Both the position numbers and the translations under genes were made by a program. 64,000 bases of DNA from an uncultured Thermoplasmatales archaeon (GTDB lineage Archaea; Thermoplasmatota; E2; DHVEG-1): contig CAZFAZ010000049.1 in NCBI GenBank assembly GCA_964517155.1, forward strand, positions 3,012-67,011. The letters are read 5' to 3'. A model generated the notes under the pieces. That model made no database searches and was not told the origin of the DNA. It was given only the letters and a program-made list of their open reading frames with translations. Shown here piece by piece: positions 1 to 10,707 of the stretch. Position 1 is the stretch's first letter. Each line of letters opens with the position of its first letter.

Positions 1-170
1 GTTTATCATATTTTTTGGTATAATATTAAGCGATTTGTTATAATTAATACAAAATATTTATGTAGGTGAATCTATAATATCTTTTATTTAAAATAATTGG
101 GGGGACACAAATAATAAAATTTTTTGTGTAATCTTGATTATAATATATATTATTGGAGGAATATTTATAG

Positions 171-2336
171 ATGAAAATAAAAATTTTAACAATAAATATT
201 ATTTTAATAATGATTCTATCAGGTTTTGGATCATTTGGAGTTAATAGCACTGTTGAATCAAAAGATAATTGTAGTTGCATTGGTTATTATTATGATTCAA
301 AAGAGTATGGTAGACTTATAAATGAGGATATAAACGTTTTGCAAAAACAAGGTGAAATAGAAAATTGGACTTTTGATGTTGATGAAAATTCAGCAACTCA
401 ATATCCTTTGAAAAACATTTGTGGACTTGTAGTCCCAGATGGTTGGGAAGATAATGCTCATTTTAAATATTTTAATGTTACTACTCTTTCTAATCTACCA
501 GATTTTTATGATGTAAGAAGAACTAATCCTACTGATAAAAATTCTAATTTTTTAAACAATTTTCCAACTGTTAAAAACCAGGGCAATTGTGGTAGCTGCT
601 GGGCTTTTGCAACTGTTGGTATTCTTGAGATAAATATTAGGCTTAAAGAAGGTAAGAATGTTGATCTTTCTGAGCAGTATCTTGTAAGTTGTAATACTGA
701 GGGGTGGGGTTGTAATGGTGGCTGGTGGGCTCATGATTATCATCACTGGAAAGAAGGTAAACTCAGAGAAGGCTCAGGTGCTGTAATGGAGGAGGATTTT
801 GCATATGTTAGTGGTCAATCAGGTTATGTTCCTCCATGTAAATCTTGCAATCACAAATATCTGATTTCTAATTGGGCTTTTATTGGAGGGCAATCCGGTA
901 TTCCCAGCGTTAATGATATAAAAAAGGCGATTATAGATTATGGGGCTGTGTCAGTTGCAGTTTATGCAAATACTGCTATGTCATCATATGAAGGTGGCAT
1001 TTTTAATGGATGTTCAAGCGGTCAAGTCAATCATGCAGTAATAATTGTTGGTTGGGATGATTCCCAAGGAGATGATGGTGTTTGGTTTATGCGTAACTCT
1101 TGGGGAACTGGCTGGGGTGAAGACCAAGGATATATGAGAATTCCATATGGTTGTTCAAGTATTGGTTATTCTGCATGCTATGTTGTTTATGAGCCACAGC
1201 ATACTATTAATAAAAGACTTTTAGAGGTAGAAGTTCATAAAGTTTCCAATCATCCTGATGATGGAGATTTTTTTGGATTGGTAGACTGGCCTAAGGGCAA
1301 TCAACCTGAATGGTACTACCGTGTTGGTGCTGAGGTTGATGATGAAAAAATTTACCAATACAACTACAATAGAGATCCTGAGGGATGGTGGATCTTTAAA
1401 TGGAACTCGCAATATAGATGGACGCCAAATGAGGTACATCAGTTTTATGTAGATGATTTAACAGAAACAATTACAATTAAACTTATGGAATATGATTTTT
1501 CAACTACTCCTGATGATCTTGCAGATGTTAGTGCATATTTTGGAGGTGGAGTAACAGATGGAGCAGATCTGGGAAAAAGAGGTGCTATTTATCATGGGGT
1601 TTATGATCTTAAAACAAATAGTTTAACAGGTGATACCACTATTAAAGAAGGCATTTATTATATTACAATAGGTGAAGGTAATTATAATGCTAAAGTTTGG
1701 TTTAATATATATGATCCTGTGATGGCTAACCCAGGTGGTCCATATTTTGGTATAGAAAACGTTGATGTAGAATTCATAGGATCAGCATTGCAATATAGTG
1801 GTACTTCTCCATATAGTTATCATTGGGATTTTGGTGATGGATATAACAGTAATCAACAGAATCCAACACATAAATATACAGAATATGGCAACTATCTAGC
1901 AACTTTAACTGTTACAGATACAAAAGGCGATTCTTGCAAGGCAACTATTGATGTAAAAATACATGAAAATACTGCACCAAATAAACCAAGTATCACCGGT
2001 CCATCAAATGGTAAAACTTGGCAGGAATATTCTTTTGAGTTTACTTCGACAGACAATCAAGCTAGTTATGGCGATAAAGTAAGTTATTGTGTTGACTGGG
2101 GTGATGGAAGCAGTGTTGAATGGACAGATTTTGTTTCAGCAGGTACCAGTGTTACTTTAACTCATATTTGGAGTAGTAAAAATTTCTTTGCTATAAAAGC
2201 AAAAGCAAAAGATCTTAACGGTGCAGAAAGTGCATGGACAACAAAATCATTTTCAACACCAAAGATAAATCTTTTTAATACGCTGATCATGAGACTTTTA
2301 GAAAACTTTGCTAATCTGTTTGAATTACTTAGATGA
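171..2336 (+). CDS. Secreted papain-family (C1) cysteine peptidase with C-terminal PKD-like domains
   Basis: N-terminal signal/TM segment; catalytic Cys motif QGNCGSCWAF and downstream His/Asn region typical of papain family; repeated WDFGDG...YxxxLTVTDxxG PKD-type motifs in C-terminal half. Confidence 0.8.
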   Translation: MKIKILTINIILIMILSGFGSFGVNSTVESKDNCSCIGYYYDSKEYGRLINEDINVLQKQGEIENWTFDVDENSATQYPLKNICGLVVPDGWEDNAHFKYFNVTTLSNLPDFYDVRRTNPTDKNSNFLNNFPTVKNQGNCGSCWAFATVGILEINIRLKEGKNVDLSEQYLVSCNTEGWGCNGGWWAHDYHHWKEGKLREGSGAVMEEDFAYVSGQSGYVPPCKSCNHKYLISNWAFIGGQSGIPSVNDIKKAIIDYGAVSVAVYANTAMSSYEGGIFNGCSSGQVNHAVIIVGWDDSQGDDGVWFMRNSWGTGWGEDQGYMRIPYGCSSIGYSACYVVYEPQHTINKRLLEVEVHKVSNHPDDGDFFGLVDWPKGNQPEWYYRVGAEVDDEKIYQYNYNRDPEGWWIFKWNSQYRWTPNEVHQFYVDDLTETITIKLMEYDFSTTPDDLADVSAYFGGGVTDGADLGKRGAIYHGVYDLKTNSLTGDTTIKEGIYYITIGEGNYNAKVWFNIYDPVMANPGGPYFGIENVDVEFIGSALQYSGTSPYSYHWDFGDGYNSNQQNPTHKYTEYGNYLATLTVTDTKGDSCKATIDVKIHENTAPNKPSITGPSNGKTWQEYSFEFTSTDNQASYGDKVSYCVDWGDGSSVEWTDFVSAGTSVTLTHIWSSKNFFAIKAKAKDLNGAESAWTTKSFSTPKINLFNTLIMRLLENFANLFELLR

Positions 2337-2369
2337 ATGCAGGTTTGAAGTGAGTTATAAAATAATTAT

Positions 2370-3080
2370 TTATCTTTTTGCTTTTGCAGGAATCCCTGCA
2401 TAAACTTTACCTTTTTTTAATACTTGGCCTTTTGTTACAACTGCACCTGCTGCAACTTTAACATTATCTTGTATTATTACACCAGGCATAATAAATGCGC
2501 CAGCACCAAGTACAACGTTGTTTCCAATTTTTATCCTGTCCATTAAAATTGTTTCTTTTTCATAATCATGAATGTGGCCATATATTACTGCGTAAAGCCC
2601 CATTGTACAGTTATCGCCAAACTCAGTAAGACATGGATCCATTATTGTTCCACCAATAAGAGTGTTTTCACCTATCTTCATACCAAGCATTCTATAATAG
2701 CGATATTTCATAGCACCTACTGGAAAAATCTCAAGTATCTTTCGCATCGGAGTGTATAAAGCACAAATCGTAATCCATCTATAAGCCATTTTATTGCTAT
2801 AAACATATGGGTATATGCCCGGTTCATACTTGTAATTAAAAATATGAATAAACAGTCCAGATATTAAAAGTTGATAAAAAAGTGTAATTCCAATTCCAAT
2901 GTAAATTAAAAAGGGTAGCAAAAAGAAATGCCAAATTTGACTAAAAGAAATGAACTTCAAAACAGCTATGCTATAAACAACAATTGGTACAAAGCCTAAT
3001 GAAAAAACAATAAAGCTAATAATTGATAATTTTAGAATGTCTAAACGTTTTCCATTATTCTCTTTTTCATTGTTTTTCAT
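2370..3080 (-). CDS. Membrane-anchored hexapeptide-repeat (LbH) acyl/acetyltransferase
   Basis: About 4 N-terminal TM helices followed by left-handed beta-helix hexapeptide repeats (IGxxxxIGxxxxI pattern, ...IGNNVVLGAGAFIMPGVIIQDNVKVAAGAVV). Confidence 0.6.
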   Translation of the reverse strand: MKNNEKENNGKRLDILKLSIISFIVFSLGFVPIVVYSIAVLKFISFSQIWHFFLLPFLIYIGIGITLFYQLLISGLFIHIFNYKYEPGIYPYVYSNKMAYRWITICALYTPMRKILEIFPVGAMKYRYYRMLGMKIGENTLIGGTIMDPCLTEFGDNCTMGLYAVIYGHIHDYEKETILMDRIKIGNNVVLGAGAFIMPGVIIQDNVKVAAGAVVTKGQVLKKGKVYAGIPAKAKR

Positions 3081-3098
3081 TTCGATTTTTCCTTTTAT

Positions 3099-4382
3099 CT
3101 AAATTATTATTTTGTTGTATTCTTCAAGACTTCTTTTTAGATAATAGTAATAATTCAGTATGTTTTTGCCGATGAAACTGTTTATTGCATTTTTTTGCAA
3201 TTCTTTTGCATTTTCAAAAAACGATATATTTTTTCCTGTTAGATTTACGCCTTGATACTTTTGATATTTATCAAATACTTTTTCTGTTGAATTAAAACAT
3301 GCAAGTAACACTTGCTTGCAGGTTTTAAGTTCACATTCTTTAAACATCTGACTTTTACTTGCTTGTTTGCAATCTATATATATTGGGCTCACATTTTCAT
3401 CAGAAATCCAAATCCAGCGCTCTTCACCTTCCATAAAACGAAATATATAATCAGTTTTTGTGTCATTTTCATCAGAAGGATAACATATACGGTTTATTAC
3501 CTGGCGGCTGGTGTTATAAGGCGTCTGGCCTTTAGTTGTGTCTAAAAGCATCCATCCATAATCTGGTACATAATATTCAACCATGTAATGCATCTGAGTC
3601 CAGAAACCTTGATCGTTGTTTACCAAAATTACGCGAGCAGGAACATTTTGATTTCTAAAAAGTGCACAAGCAAGATGTGAGCGACCAACATTTTCACCGT
3701 TTATTAAAAGTGTTGTTACTGCATCTTGTGAAAAAAATGCACCTAGCTTAAGTTGTAACAAAAATAATAGATATCTATGGTTTTTAATAAACGATGCAAC
3801 TTTTTTTGCATAAGAAATCATATCATCAGCTCCCAGGCGAAGTATTTTGCTTCTAAATTTTATGAAAATATTGTCTTTTTGTGTTATATCAGTTTTTTCA
3901 AGCCATATCTTTGTTTCGTTAGGCAAGTTTGCGGTATCTGGGAAATTCTTTGAAGAGGGCATATCGCTAAAATCATTATGCTCAACCAACATCCAAACTG
4001 TGAAATGTATAAGTTTTTGTTCATTTTTACTCATTTTATTTATTGTAAAATTTACAAACTTATTTGGGTTACAATTTGTATCCTTCTCAATTTTATAGTT
4101 TATAATATCTGCATTTGTATCATTGAAAATTTCAACAAAGATTGGTGCTTGATAACCGTATCTTGGCGGGCACACATAAAGCACGTTGAAGACATCTGTG
4201 TTTTCTTTGGCATATAATTCCAGGTAATGTTCTACTCTAAGTAAACTTAATTTAACTTCTTCGCTGCATTCTTCTAATAATAGTTCTTCAAAATTTGTTT
4301 TTTGGCTTATAGCTATAAAATTTGATGAAATAATCATTAATAATATTGTTATACTTGCTAGAAATTTACTATTTTTTTTCAT
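3099..4382 (-). CDS. Secreted transglutaminase-like (Cys-His-Asp core) domain protein
   Basis: Signal peptide; core resembling transglutaminase-like cysteine protease fold: GRSHLACALFRNQNVPARVILV ... HYMVEYYVPDYGWMLLDTT. Confidence 0.55.
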   Translation of the reverse strand: MKKNSKFLASITILLMIISSNFIAISQKTNFEELLLEECSEEVKLSLLRVEHYLELYAKENTDVFNVLYVCPPRYGYQAPIFVEIFNDTNADIINYKIEKDTNCNPNKFVNFTINKMSKNEQKLIHFTVWMLVEHNDFSDMPSSKNFPDTANLPNETKIWLEKTDITQKDNIFIKFRSKILRLGADDMISYAKKVASFIKNHRYLLFLLQLKLGAFFSQDAVTTLLINGENVGRSHLACALFRNQNVPARVILVNNDQGFWTQMHYMVEYYVPDYGWMLLDTTKGQTPYNTSRQVINRICYPSDENDTKTDYIFRFMEGEERWIWISDENVSPIYIDCKQASKSQMFKECELKTCKQVLLACFNSTEKVFDKYQKYQGVNLTGKNISFFENAKELQKNAINSFIGKNILNYYYYLKRSLEEYNKIII

Positions 4383-4455
4383 ATGTATCTTGTCCCTGAA
4401 AATATTTTAATATAAATTTATTATATAATAATACGTTTAAAAATCTTGTGTTATG

Positions 4456-6057
4456 CTATTTTTTACCTATAAAAATAAACTTCCAGTCCTTTTTTTCTCC
4501 CTCAGAATAAATAATTTCAAAGCCTGAATCCCTAAAAAGTTTTTTCACGCTATCTATTGAATAAGCAGTTTTATAGGCATCAATATGATATTTTGCAATA
4601 TCAAAACCACTTCCTTTAAAAACCATATTTATCCTTATAAGAAATAGTTTAAAACTGGAAAAATCCTTGTTAAGCGCTTCAATTACAAATATGCCATCAG
4701 GTTTTAAAATCCGATATATTTCAGAAAAACCGGTCTTAGGATTAGTCCAATAAGTAAGATTAAAGCGACTAACAACGCAGTCAACAGAACTATCTGTAAG
4801 AGGGATTTTTTCAGCAATACCCCTCTTTGTTTCAATAGATGCGTTCTTCTTTGAAATCTTAAGCATTTCTTCAGACGGATCAATTCCGATAATATGTGCA
4901 TTTGGTACTAATTCATTAATTTCCTTTGATAAAAGACCAGGGCCTACGCCGAGATCAACAATAACTGGTTTTTTGATATCTTCTGAAATATTTTTTTTAA
5001 CAATGCCTGCAAGATAAATATACAATTCCGGAAAACGTTTCATATATTGCTCAAAACGAGAATCTGTATTTTTATCCAGTTTAAAACTAAATAATTTTTT
5101 ACTTTCATAAAAAGTCACAAAACTACCAATTATACTTGGTACAATCCAGATAATTACTATACAAAACAAAGAAAAACTTATAACTTGTTCTGCACTAATA
5201 ACTGCTTCACCAGGTATAATTTTTCCATTTATAAACCTAAAATTAGTAAATAGATAAATTAGAGTAAGATCACGGGTGCCTATACCATAATACGAAATTG
5301 GAATAGCTGCAATTATATCTGCAACAGCCATAATTGCTATAAAAAATACAAACTCTATATTTATATCAAAAAGCTTAGCAATAAAAAACAACATAAAATA
5401 TTTCAAAAACCAACCGGCAATAGATAACCCCAGTGGTGCTAAAACATCTTTAAAACCTGGTAAATCCTCATGAAAAGTATCAATTGAAGATTCAAGTCTG
5501 TCTTTTAAACCAAAAAAAATACGAGATCGCACAATCTTTTTAAAAAGAAAGCGAGATTTATGAGATTTAAAAAAGAATAGATAAACAATAAAAGTAATAA
5601 TAAACACTAATAAGATAATTACAAAAAGATAAGGATAAATACTGCTCAAAATAAGTGCGCCTATGGCACCAGTTATAAGCATTGCAAAAAATTCAACTGT
5701 GTTAAAAATAATAATATTTGAAAAACATTTTGGAAGTGGTGTACTGCTTTCTTCTGCTAGATACAAAGCACGTGTGTAGGCACCAAAACCTCCTGGCGTA
5801 ATAAAACCATAGAAATAACCGATAAAAAAATTTTTAAGGCTATACCAAAAACTAACATTTATTTTTTGTTTTTTAAGAAGAAGCTGCCATTCAACGTTGA
5901 CAAGTAAAAGTAAAGGTACAATGATTAAAAAACTCAAGAAAGCATAAATTGGATTAATATTTACAAAAACTCTAAATATCTTTTCAAAATTTAAATTAAA
6001 TATAATTATAAAAAGTAATATCAGTCCGGCAAGTGGTAACAAGCGTTTTAATTTCAT
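4456..6057 (-). CDS. Fusion protein: N-terminal polytopic membrane domain (UPF0104/flippase-like) plus C-terminal class I SAM-dependent methyltransferase
   Basis: About 8 TM helices in first 330 aa; C-terminal VIVDLGVGPGLL (motif I) ... VDCVVSRF methyltransferase motifs. Confidence 0.6.
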   Translation of the reverse strand: MKLKRLLPLAGLILLFIIIFNLNFEKIFRVFVNINPIYAFLSFLIIVPLLLLVNVEWQLLLKKQKINVSFWYSLKNFFIGYFYGFITPGGFGAYTRALYLAEESSTPLPKCFSNIIIFNTVEFFAMLITGAIGALILSSIYPYLFVIILLVFIITFIVYLFFFKSHKSRFLFKKIVRSRIFFGLKDRLESSIDTFHEDLPGFKDVLAPLGLSIAGWFLKYFMLFFIAKLFDINIEFVFFIAIMAVADIIAAIPISYYGIGTRDLTLIYLFTNFRFINGKIIPGEAVISAEQVISFSLFCIVIIWIVPSIIGSFVTFYESKKLFSFKLDKNTDSRFEQYMKRFPELYIYLAGIVKKNISEDIKKPVIVDLGVGPGLLSKEINELVPNAHIIGIDPSEEMLKISKKNASIETKRGIAEKIPLTDSSVDCVVSRFNLTYWTNPKTGFSEIYRILKPDGIFVIEALNKDFSSFKLFLIRINMVFKGSGFDIAKYHIDAYKTAYSIDSVKKLFRDSGFEIIYSEGEKKDWKFIFIGKK

Positions 6058-6135
6058 ATTTTTCTATAAGACTAAATCAATAATGTGTTTATAATTTTTT
6101 TAAAAAACCTAAAAAATAATTTTTTTTTACTATTT

Positions 6136-6762
6136 TTACTTCTTTAATACGCAAATTGATTCCCATCTGCATGTGATAAAAGCATGATTATCCATTTTTC
6201 CAATTATCTCTATCCCCTCCGTTGCGTCTATTATCTTCTTTATTTTATCTTTATAATACTCTTCTCTTATGATTATTTTACTTTTTTTTTGGGAACTTTG
6301 TAGAACATGATTTAATACCTGTATTTTTGGTACAGAACAACCCGATATTATTATAGTGTCAAAAGTGTTAAGAGGATACTTTATTCCGTCGCCGGCATCA
6401 GCTGAAATCTTTTTTTCTAATTTTTTTTGTTTTATTATCTTTCTAGCAGTTTTTATTGATTTTTCATCATGGTCTATTGTTACAATCTTTATATCCTTTA
6501 ACTCTGAGAGGGATAATGCTGTAATTGGATATGTCCCGCAGCCTATATGTAATATTTTTTTTGATTTTTTAAGATCAAACTTATCTATTTCTTTTTTGTA
6601 TTCTCTCCCAACAGTTTTTTCATAAAAGTTTTCTATAACACTTGATGCGCCTGCAAGTCGGTCAATTATGCGCCAGAAACAATTTGTTTTTTTAAGGGTT
6701 ATATCCTCAAATTCAGATGGTTTTATTATTTTATCATCATATGTTTTCTTTGTTTTTTTCAT
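6136..6762 (-). CDS. SAM-dependent methyltransferase-fold protein (possibly nicotianamine-synthase-like)
   Basis: ILHIGCGTYPITALSL ... IVTIDHDEKS pattern resembling Rossmann MTase / NAS-like motifs; weak. Confidence 0.4.
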   Translation of the reverse strand: MKKTKKTYDDKIIKPSEFEDITLKKTNCFWRIIDRLAGASSVIENFYEKTVGREYKKEIDKFDLKKSKKILHIGCGTYPITALSLSELKDIKIVTIDHDEKSIKTARKIIKQKKLEKKISADAGDGIKYPLNTFDTIIISGCSVPKIQVLNHVLQSSQKKSKIIIREEYYKDKIKKIIDATEGIEIIGKMDNHAFITCRWESICVLKK

Positions 6763-6903
6763 ATCTTTCTTTCAGCCTTTTAAATAAAATTTTTATAAAG
6801 ATAGTTTTATGAAACTATATAAGTAGGTTTTATATTTAAATGTTTTAACGATAATCATAAAAAAGATAAACAAGTTATCCCATTTAGGATTAAAAAAAGT
6901 ATT

Positions 6904-7896
6904 TTGGAAAAAGAAAAACATGAAACAAGGAAACTTTATGTGATAGACATGTCAGGAGAGGGCATCGGTTTTGGAAAAGTTATATTGTTTAATGAACACT
7001 TTGTAGTATATGGTATACCTGCAATCGTTTCTGCAATTAGTAAGTATACGCGTGCTAAAGTTGAACCTATTGAAAAATCTGGTTGGACTATTGTTGATAA
7101 TCGTAAAGCAACACCTAGTTATAAAGAGGATAAACTTGAGCAGCAGAAAGACTCTATAAATCGTATGATAAAAAAGATGGGTTTAGATTTATCAAAAAAT
7201 GGTGTATCAATAACATTAGAAGGTAATCTTTATGCTGCAAGTGGGATAGGGGCTAGTGCTGCAAGTTGTGTTGCAATCGCAAGAGCTTTATCACAACATT
7301 TTGAGCTTAATTTTTCAAATGATGAGATAAATGAATTTGCTTATGAGGGCGAAAAAGGATATCATGGAACACCTTCAGGTATTGATAACACTGCATCTAC
7401 TTTTGGAGGTCTTATCTGGTTTGAAAAAGCAGAAGAAAAGATAATGGATAAAATTAACCTTCAAAACCCTGTAGAAATCGTTATCGGTAACACTGGTAAA
7501 GTTGCAAATACTACTACTGCTGTTGCAGGCGTAAGAGAGCGTAAGGAGAAATATCCTGAAAGATACAAAGAAATTTTTGATAGAGCTGAAAACATAGCAT
7601 ATCTTGCTCGTGATGCATTTCAGGATGAAGATTATAAAGAGCTTGGTAAACTTATGAATGAGAATCATAAACTTTTACAGCAGATTGAGGTATCTTCTCG
7701 TGAACTTGATTTTCTCGTCAAACTTGCACGGGATCAAGGAGCATATGGTGCAAAACTTACTGGCGGGGGTCTTGGGGGTAACGTAATAGCATTAACGCCT
7801 GGTAAAGATCTTCAGGAAAGAATTGCTAATGCTTTTGAAAAAGAAGGATTCCAATCTCTTAGAACAAGTATTGGAGTTACGCATAGTGGAGAATAA
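6904..7896 (+). CDS. mvk: Mevalonate kinase (GHMP kinase family)
   Basis: GHMP N-terminal region and ATP-binding glycine-rich motif (SGIGASAASCVA), C-terminal LTGGGLGGNVIAL; first gene of mevalonate cluster. Confidence 0.8.
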   Translation: MEKEKHETRKLYVIDMSGEGIGFGKVILFNEHFVVYGIPAIVSAISKYTRAKVEPIEKSGWTIVDNRKATPSYKEDKLEQQKDSINRMIKKMGLDLSKNGVSITLEGNLYAASGIGASAASCVAIARALSQHFELNFSNDEINEFAYEGEKGYHGTPSGIDNTASTFGGLIWFEKAEEKIMDKINLQNPVEIVIGNTGKVANTTTAVAGVRERKEKYPERYKEIFDRAENIAYLARDAFQDEDYKELGKLMNENHKLLQQIEVSSRELDFLVKLARDQGAYGAKLTGGGLGGNVIALTPGKDLQERIANAFEKEGFQSLRTSIGVTHSGE

Positions 7897-7920
7897 AAAA
7901 AAATTTAATGAGGAGTTTTT

Positions 7921-9231
7921 ATGAAACTTCGGCCTTTTCTTTCTAAACTTGAAGCAGATGGTAAACTAACACGCATTAAAAAAGAAGTAAATGTTAAAAA
8001 AGAAATTGCAAATATTATTTATTCTCTTGATGAGAAACCTGTGATTTTTGAAAATGTTAAAGGCTATGATTTTCCTGTTTTTGCAGGTATTACAAGTAAT
8101 CGTGATATAATTGCTCAAGGACTTGATACTACAAAGGATAAACTTTTGCTAAAACTTGTTGATGCACTTAGAAATCCAAAAGAGCCTAAGATTGTTAACA
8201 AAGCTTCTTGTCAGGAGGTAGTTATTAACACTCCTGATTTAGACAAGCTTCCTATCCTGTTTCATCTGGATGGAGACGGCGGTCGTTATGGCTCTGCTAC
8301 TGTTTGTACGATTAAAGACCCTGATTCTGGTAGAAATGTTTCTTATCATCGTCTTATGCAGATTGGGAAAAATAAGTTTACCGCGCGTCTTATTGCAAAA
8401 AGACAGACTAGAAATACTTATGATAAACTTTCTGGTGATCTGGAGATGGCTGTATGTATCGGCAACAGCGTTGCTGTTATGGTTGCAGCAAGCTTGGGTC
8501 CACCCAGTGGTATTGATGAGTTTGCAATAGCAAATGCACTTGATAGAACTGATTTAGTTAAATGTGTGACAAAGGATCTGCAGGTTCCTGCTGACTCAGA
8601 GATAGTCCTTGAGGGCAGGCTTACAAGAAATTTAGCTAAAGAAGGTCCTTTTGTAGATCTTACTGAGACTCGTGATTTTGAGCGTCAGGAGCCAGTTTTT
8701 GTTGTAGATTGCATAACACATAGAAAAGATGCTATGTATCAGGCTCTTATTCCTGGTAGATTTGAACATAAAACACTTATGGGTATGCCAAAGGAACCAA
8801 CTATTTATGATGAAGTAAGTAAGGTTTGCGAGTGTAAAAACGTACTTGTTACAATGGGTGGTGGTAGTTGGCTTCACGGAATAGTTCAGATTAAAAAGAA
8901 GCATGCTGATGATGGTAAAAAAGTAATAGATGCAGCATTTAATGGTCACAAGAGCATGAAGCATGTAATAATCATTGATGAGGATGTTGATATCTACAAT
9001 AGCAATGCTGTCGAATGGGCTATTGCCACGCGTTTTCAGGGTGATAAGGATTTGGTTGTTAAACCTGATCAATCAGGCAGCAGTCTTGATCCTTCATCAA
9101 AGCAGGAGCCTGGTAAAAAAGCATTAACCTGTAAAGTTGGTGTAGATGCAACAATTCCTTTTGATGTTGACGCTAAAAAATATGAAATTGTAAAATACAA
9201 AAAAGTGAATATTGATGATTTCATCAGGTAA
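7921..9231 (+). CDS. UbiD-family decarboxylase, candidate trans-anhydromevalonate-5-phosphate decarboxylase of the archaeal mevalonate pathway
   Basis: UbiD-family length and composition; located between mvk and AcnX-type dehydratase subunits, as in the Aeropyrum-type pathway. Confidence 0.65.
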   Translation: MKLRPFLSKLEADGKLTRIKKEVNVKKEIANIIYSLDEKPVIFENVKGYDFPVFAGITSNRDIIAQGLDTTKDKLLLKLVDALRNPKEPKIVNKASCQEVVINTPDLDKLPILFHLDGDGGRYGSATVCTIKDPDSGRNVSYHRLMQIGKNKFTARLIAKRQTRNTYDKLSGDLEMAVCIGNSVAVMVAASLGPPSGIDEFAIANALDRTDLVKCVTKDLQVPADSEIVLEGRLTRNLAKEGPFVDLTETRDFERQEPVFVVDCITHRKDAMYQALIPGRFEHKTLMGMPKEPTIYDEVSKVCECKNVLVTMGGGSWLHGIVQIKKKHADDGKKVIDAAFNGHKSMKHVIIIDEDVDIYNSNAVEWAIATRFQGDKDLVVKPDQSGSSLDPSSKQEPGKKALTCKVGVDATIPFDVDAKKYEIVKYKKVNIDDFIR

Positions 9232-9532
9232 AGGACGTTATAAGGTTTTTCTTGATAAAAGAAAACTAGGTGATGATTTAATCTATATTCTTGGTGGTGG
9301 TGAAAAATCTCATGTTGGCGGAGCTGTACTCTGTGTTCCTGGAGAAAAACCACATGTTTTAACTTATGAAAATCATCATGACTTTATTGTTTTAACGCCA
9401 ATTGCCGAGGCTGCTTGTAAAAAATATAATAAAACAGTTATTGCAATTGGTGGTATACACATAGATAATGCTGCAAAAGAAGAAATTAATCTTATTGTAA
9501 ATAATTGTAAGGAGTTAGTAAAATGTATTTAA
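9212..9532 (+). CDS. Conserved-looking small protein of unknown function embedded in mevalonate cluster
   Basis: 106-aa ORF overlapping the end of the UbiD-like gene and start of the AcnX large subunit (translational coupling); Gly-rich LIYILGGGEKSHVGGAVL motif; not a UbiX-like flavoprotein. Confidence 0.4.
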   Translation: MMISSGKGRYKVFLDKRKLGDDLIYILGGGEKSHVGGAVLCVPGEKPHVLTYENHHDFIVLTPIAEAACKKYNKTVIAIGGIHIDNAAKEEINLIVNNCKELVKCI

Positions 9533-10707
9533 CAAAAAATGAAGAAAAAATGTTAAATGGTGAAAAAGGTGAAGTACGGGAAAGAATGTTTAGACTCTTA
9601 GTGCGACTCGGCGATATCTATGGTGCTGATAAAATGATACCTGTGGGCTCAGTGCAAGTAGCGGGTGTATCATATAAGTCAATTGGTGATCCCGGCACAG
9701 AATTTCTTGAGGATATGGCTTCAAAAAATGCTAAAGTCAAAGTATTAACCTATCTTAACCCTGCAGGAATGGATTTGGAAAACTGGAAAGAACTGGGTTT
9801 TCCAAAGGATTTTGCAAAAAACCAGCTTAGAATTATGGATGCATTTAAAAAAATGGGAATAGTAATAACAAGTACTTGCACGCCGTATCTTGCAGGAAAT
9901 CTGCCGCGGTTTAGAGAACATATTGCCTGGTCTGAAAGCAGTGCTGTTTCTTTTTCCAACTCTGTAATTGGTGCAAGAACAAATCGTGAAGGAGGTCCTT
10001 CTGCACTTGCTGCAGCAATTTGTGGTGTTACTCCAAATTATGGACTGCATATTTGGGAAAACCGTCAACCAGAAATAAAAATAAAGGTTGATGCAGAGCT
10101 TTTTTTCAATTCTGATTTTGGTGCCCTTGGCTGGTATGTCGGAAAAAAAGTGAAAAACAAAATACCTTATTTTACAGGGTTAAAAGATGCAAATACTGAT
10201 CAGCTTAAAGCACTTGGTGCTGCAATGGCTGCAAGTGGTGCTGTTGCTCTTTATCATGTTGAGGGTCTTACTCCTGAGGCAGATTTAGTAAAATCCAAAG
10301 GACTTGAGACAATAAATGTTGGTAAAAAGGAGCTCAAAGAAACATATGAAAAGTTAAATACTGGTAAAAAACCAGATATCGTAATTTTTGGTTGCCCTCA
10401 TGCATCAATTCGTGAAATATCACAATTAGCAGATATGTTATCAGGAAAGAAATTGAAAAAACCTATCTGGATTTGTACTAGTCGTGTGGTAAAAGAAGCA
10501 GCGGAGCGTATGGGTTATAATAATATTATTTCAAAGGCTGGCGGAAGTGTTGTTGCAGATACTTGTATGGTGGTATCACCTATTGAGGAGATGGGATATA
10601 AAACTACAGGAGTAAATTCTGGAAAGGCTGCTAATTATTTACCTGGTTTTTGTAAGCAAAATGTGTGTTTTGCAAATATTGATGATCTGGTAAAGGAGGC
10701 GTTATAA
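9523..10707 (+). CDS. AcnX-type (DUF521) large subunit, candidate phosphomevalonate dehydratase large subunit
   Basis: About 394 aa, swivel/aconitase-X-like composition with conserved Cys/Ser patches (TSTCTPYLAGN, GGPSALAAAICGVTPNYGLH); followed immediately by small subunit. Confidence 0.7.
   Translation: MYLTKNEEKMLNGEKGEVRERMFRLLVRLGDIYGADKMIPVGSVQVAGVSYKSIGDPGTEFLEDMASKNAKVKVLTYLNPAGMDLENWKELGFPKDFAKNQLRIMDAFKKMGIVITSTCTPYLAGNLPRFREHIAWSESSAVSFSNSVIGARTNREGGPSALAAAICGVTPNYGLHIWENRQPEIKIKVDAELFFNSDFGALGWYVGKKVKNKIPYFTGLKDANTDQLKALGAAMAASGAVALYHVEGLTPEADLVKSKGLETINVGKKELKETYEKLNTGKKPDIVIFGCPHASIREISQLADMLSGKKLKKPIWICTSRVVKEAAERMGYNNIISKAGGSVVADTCMVVSPIEEMGYKTTGVNSGKAANYLPGFCKQNVCFANIDDLVKEAL

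Noticed and set aside
44-280. 78-aa minus-strand ORF at window start
   Set aside because: Overlaps the promoter and start of the C1 peptidase gene, low-complexity Ile/Tyr-rich translation; likely spurious.
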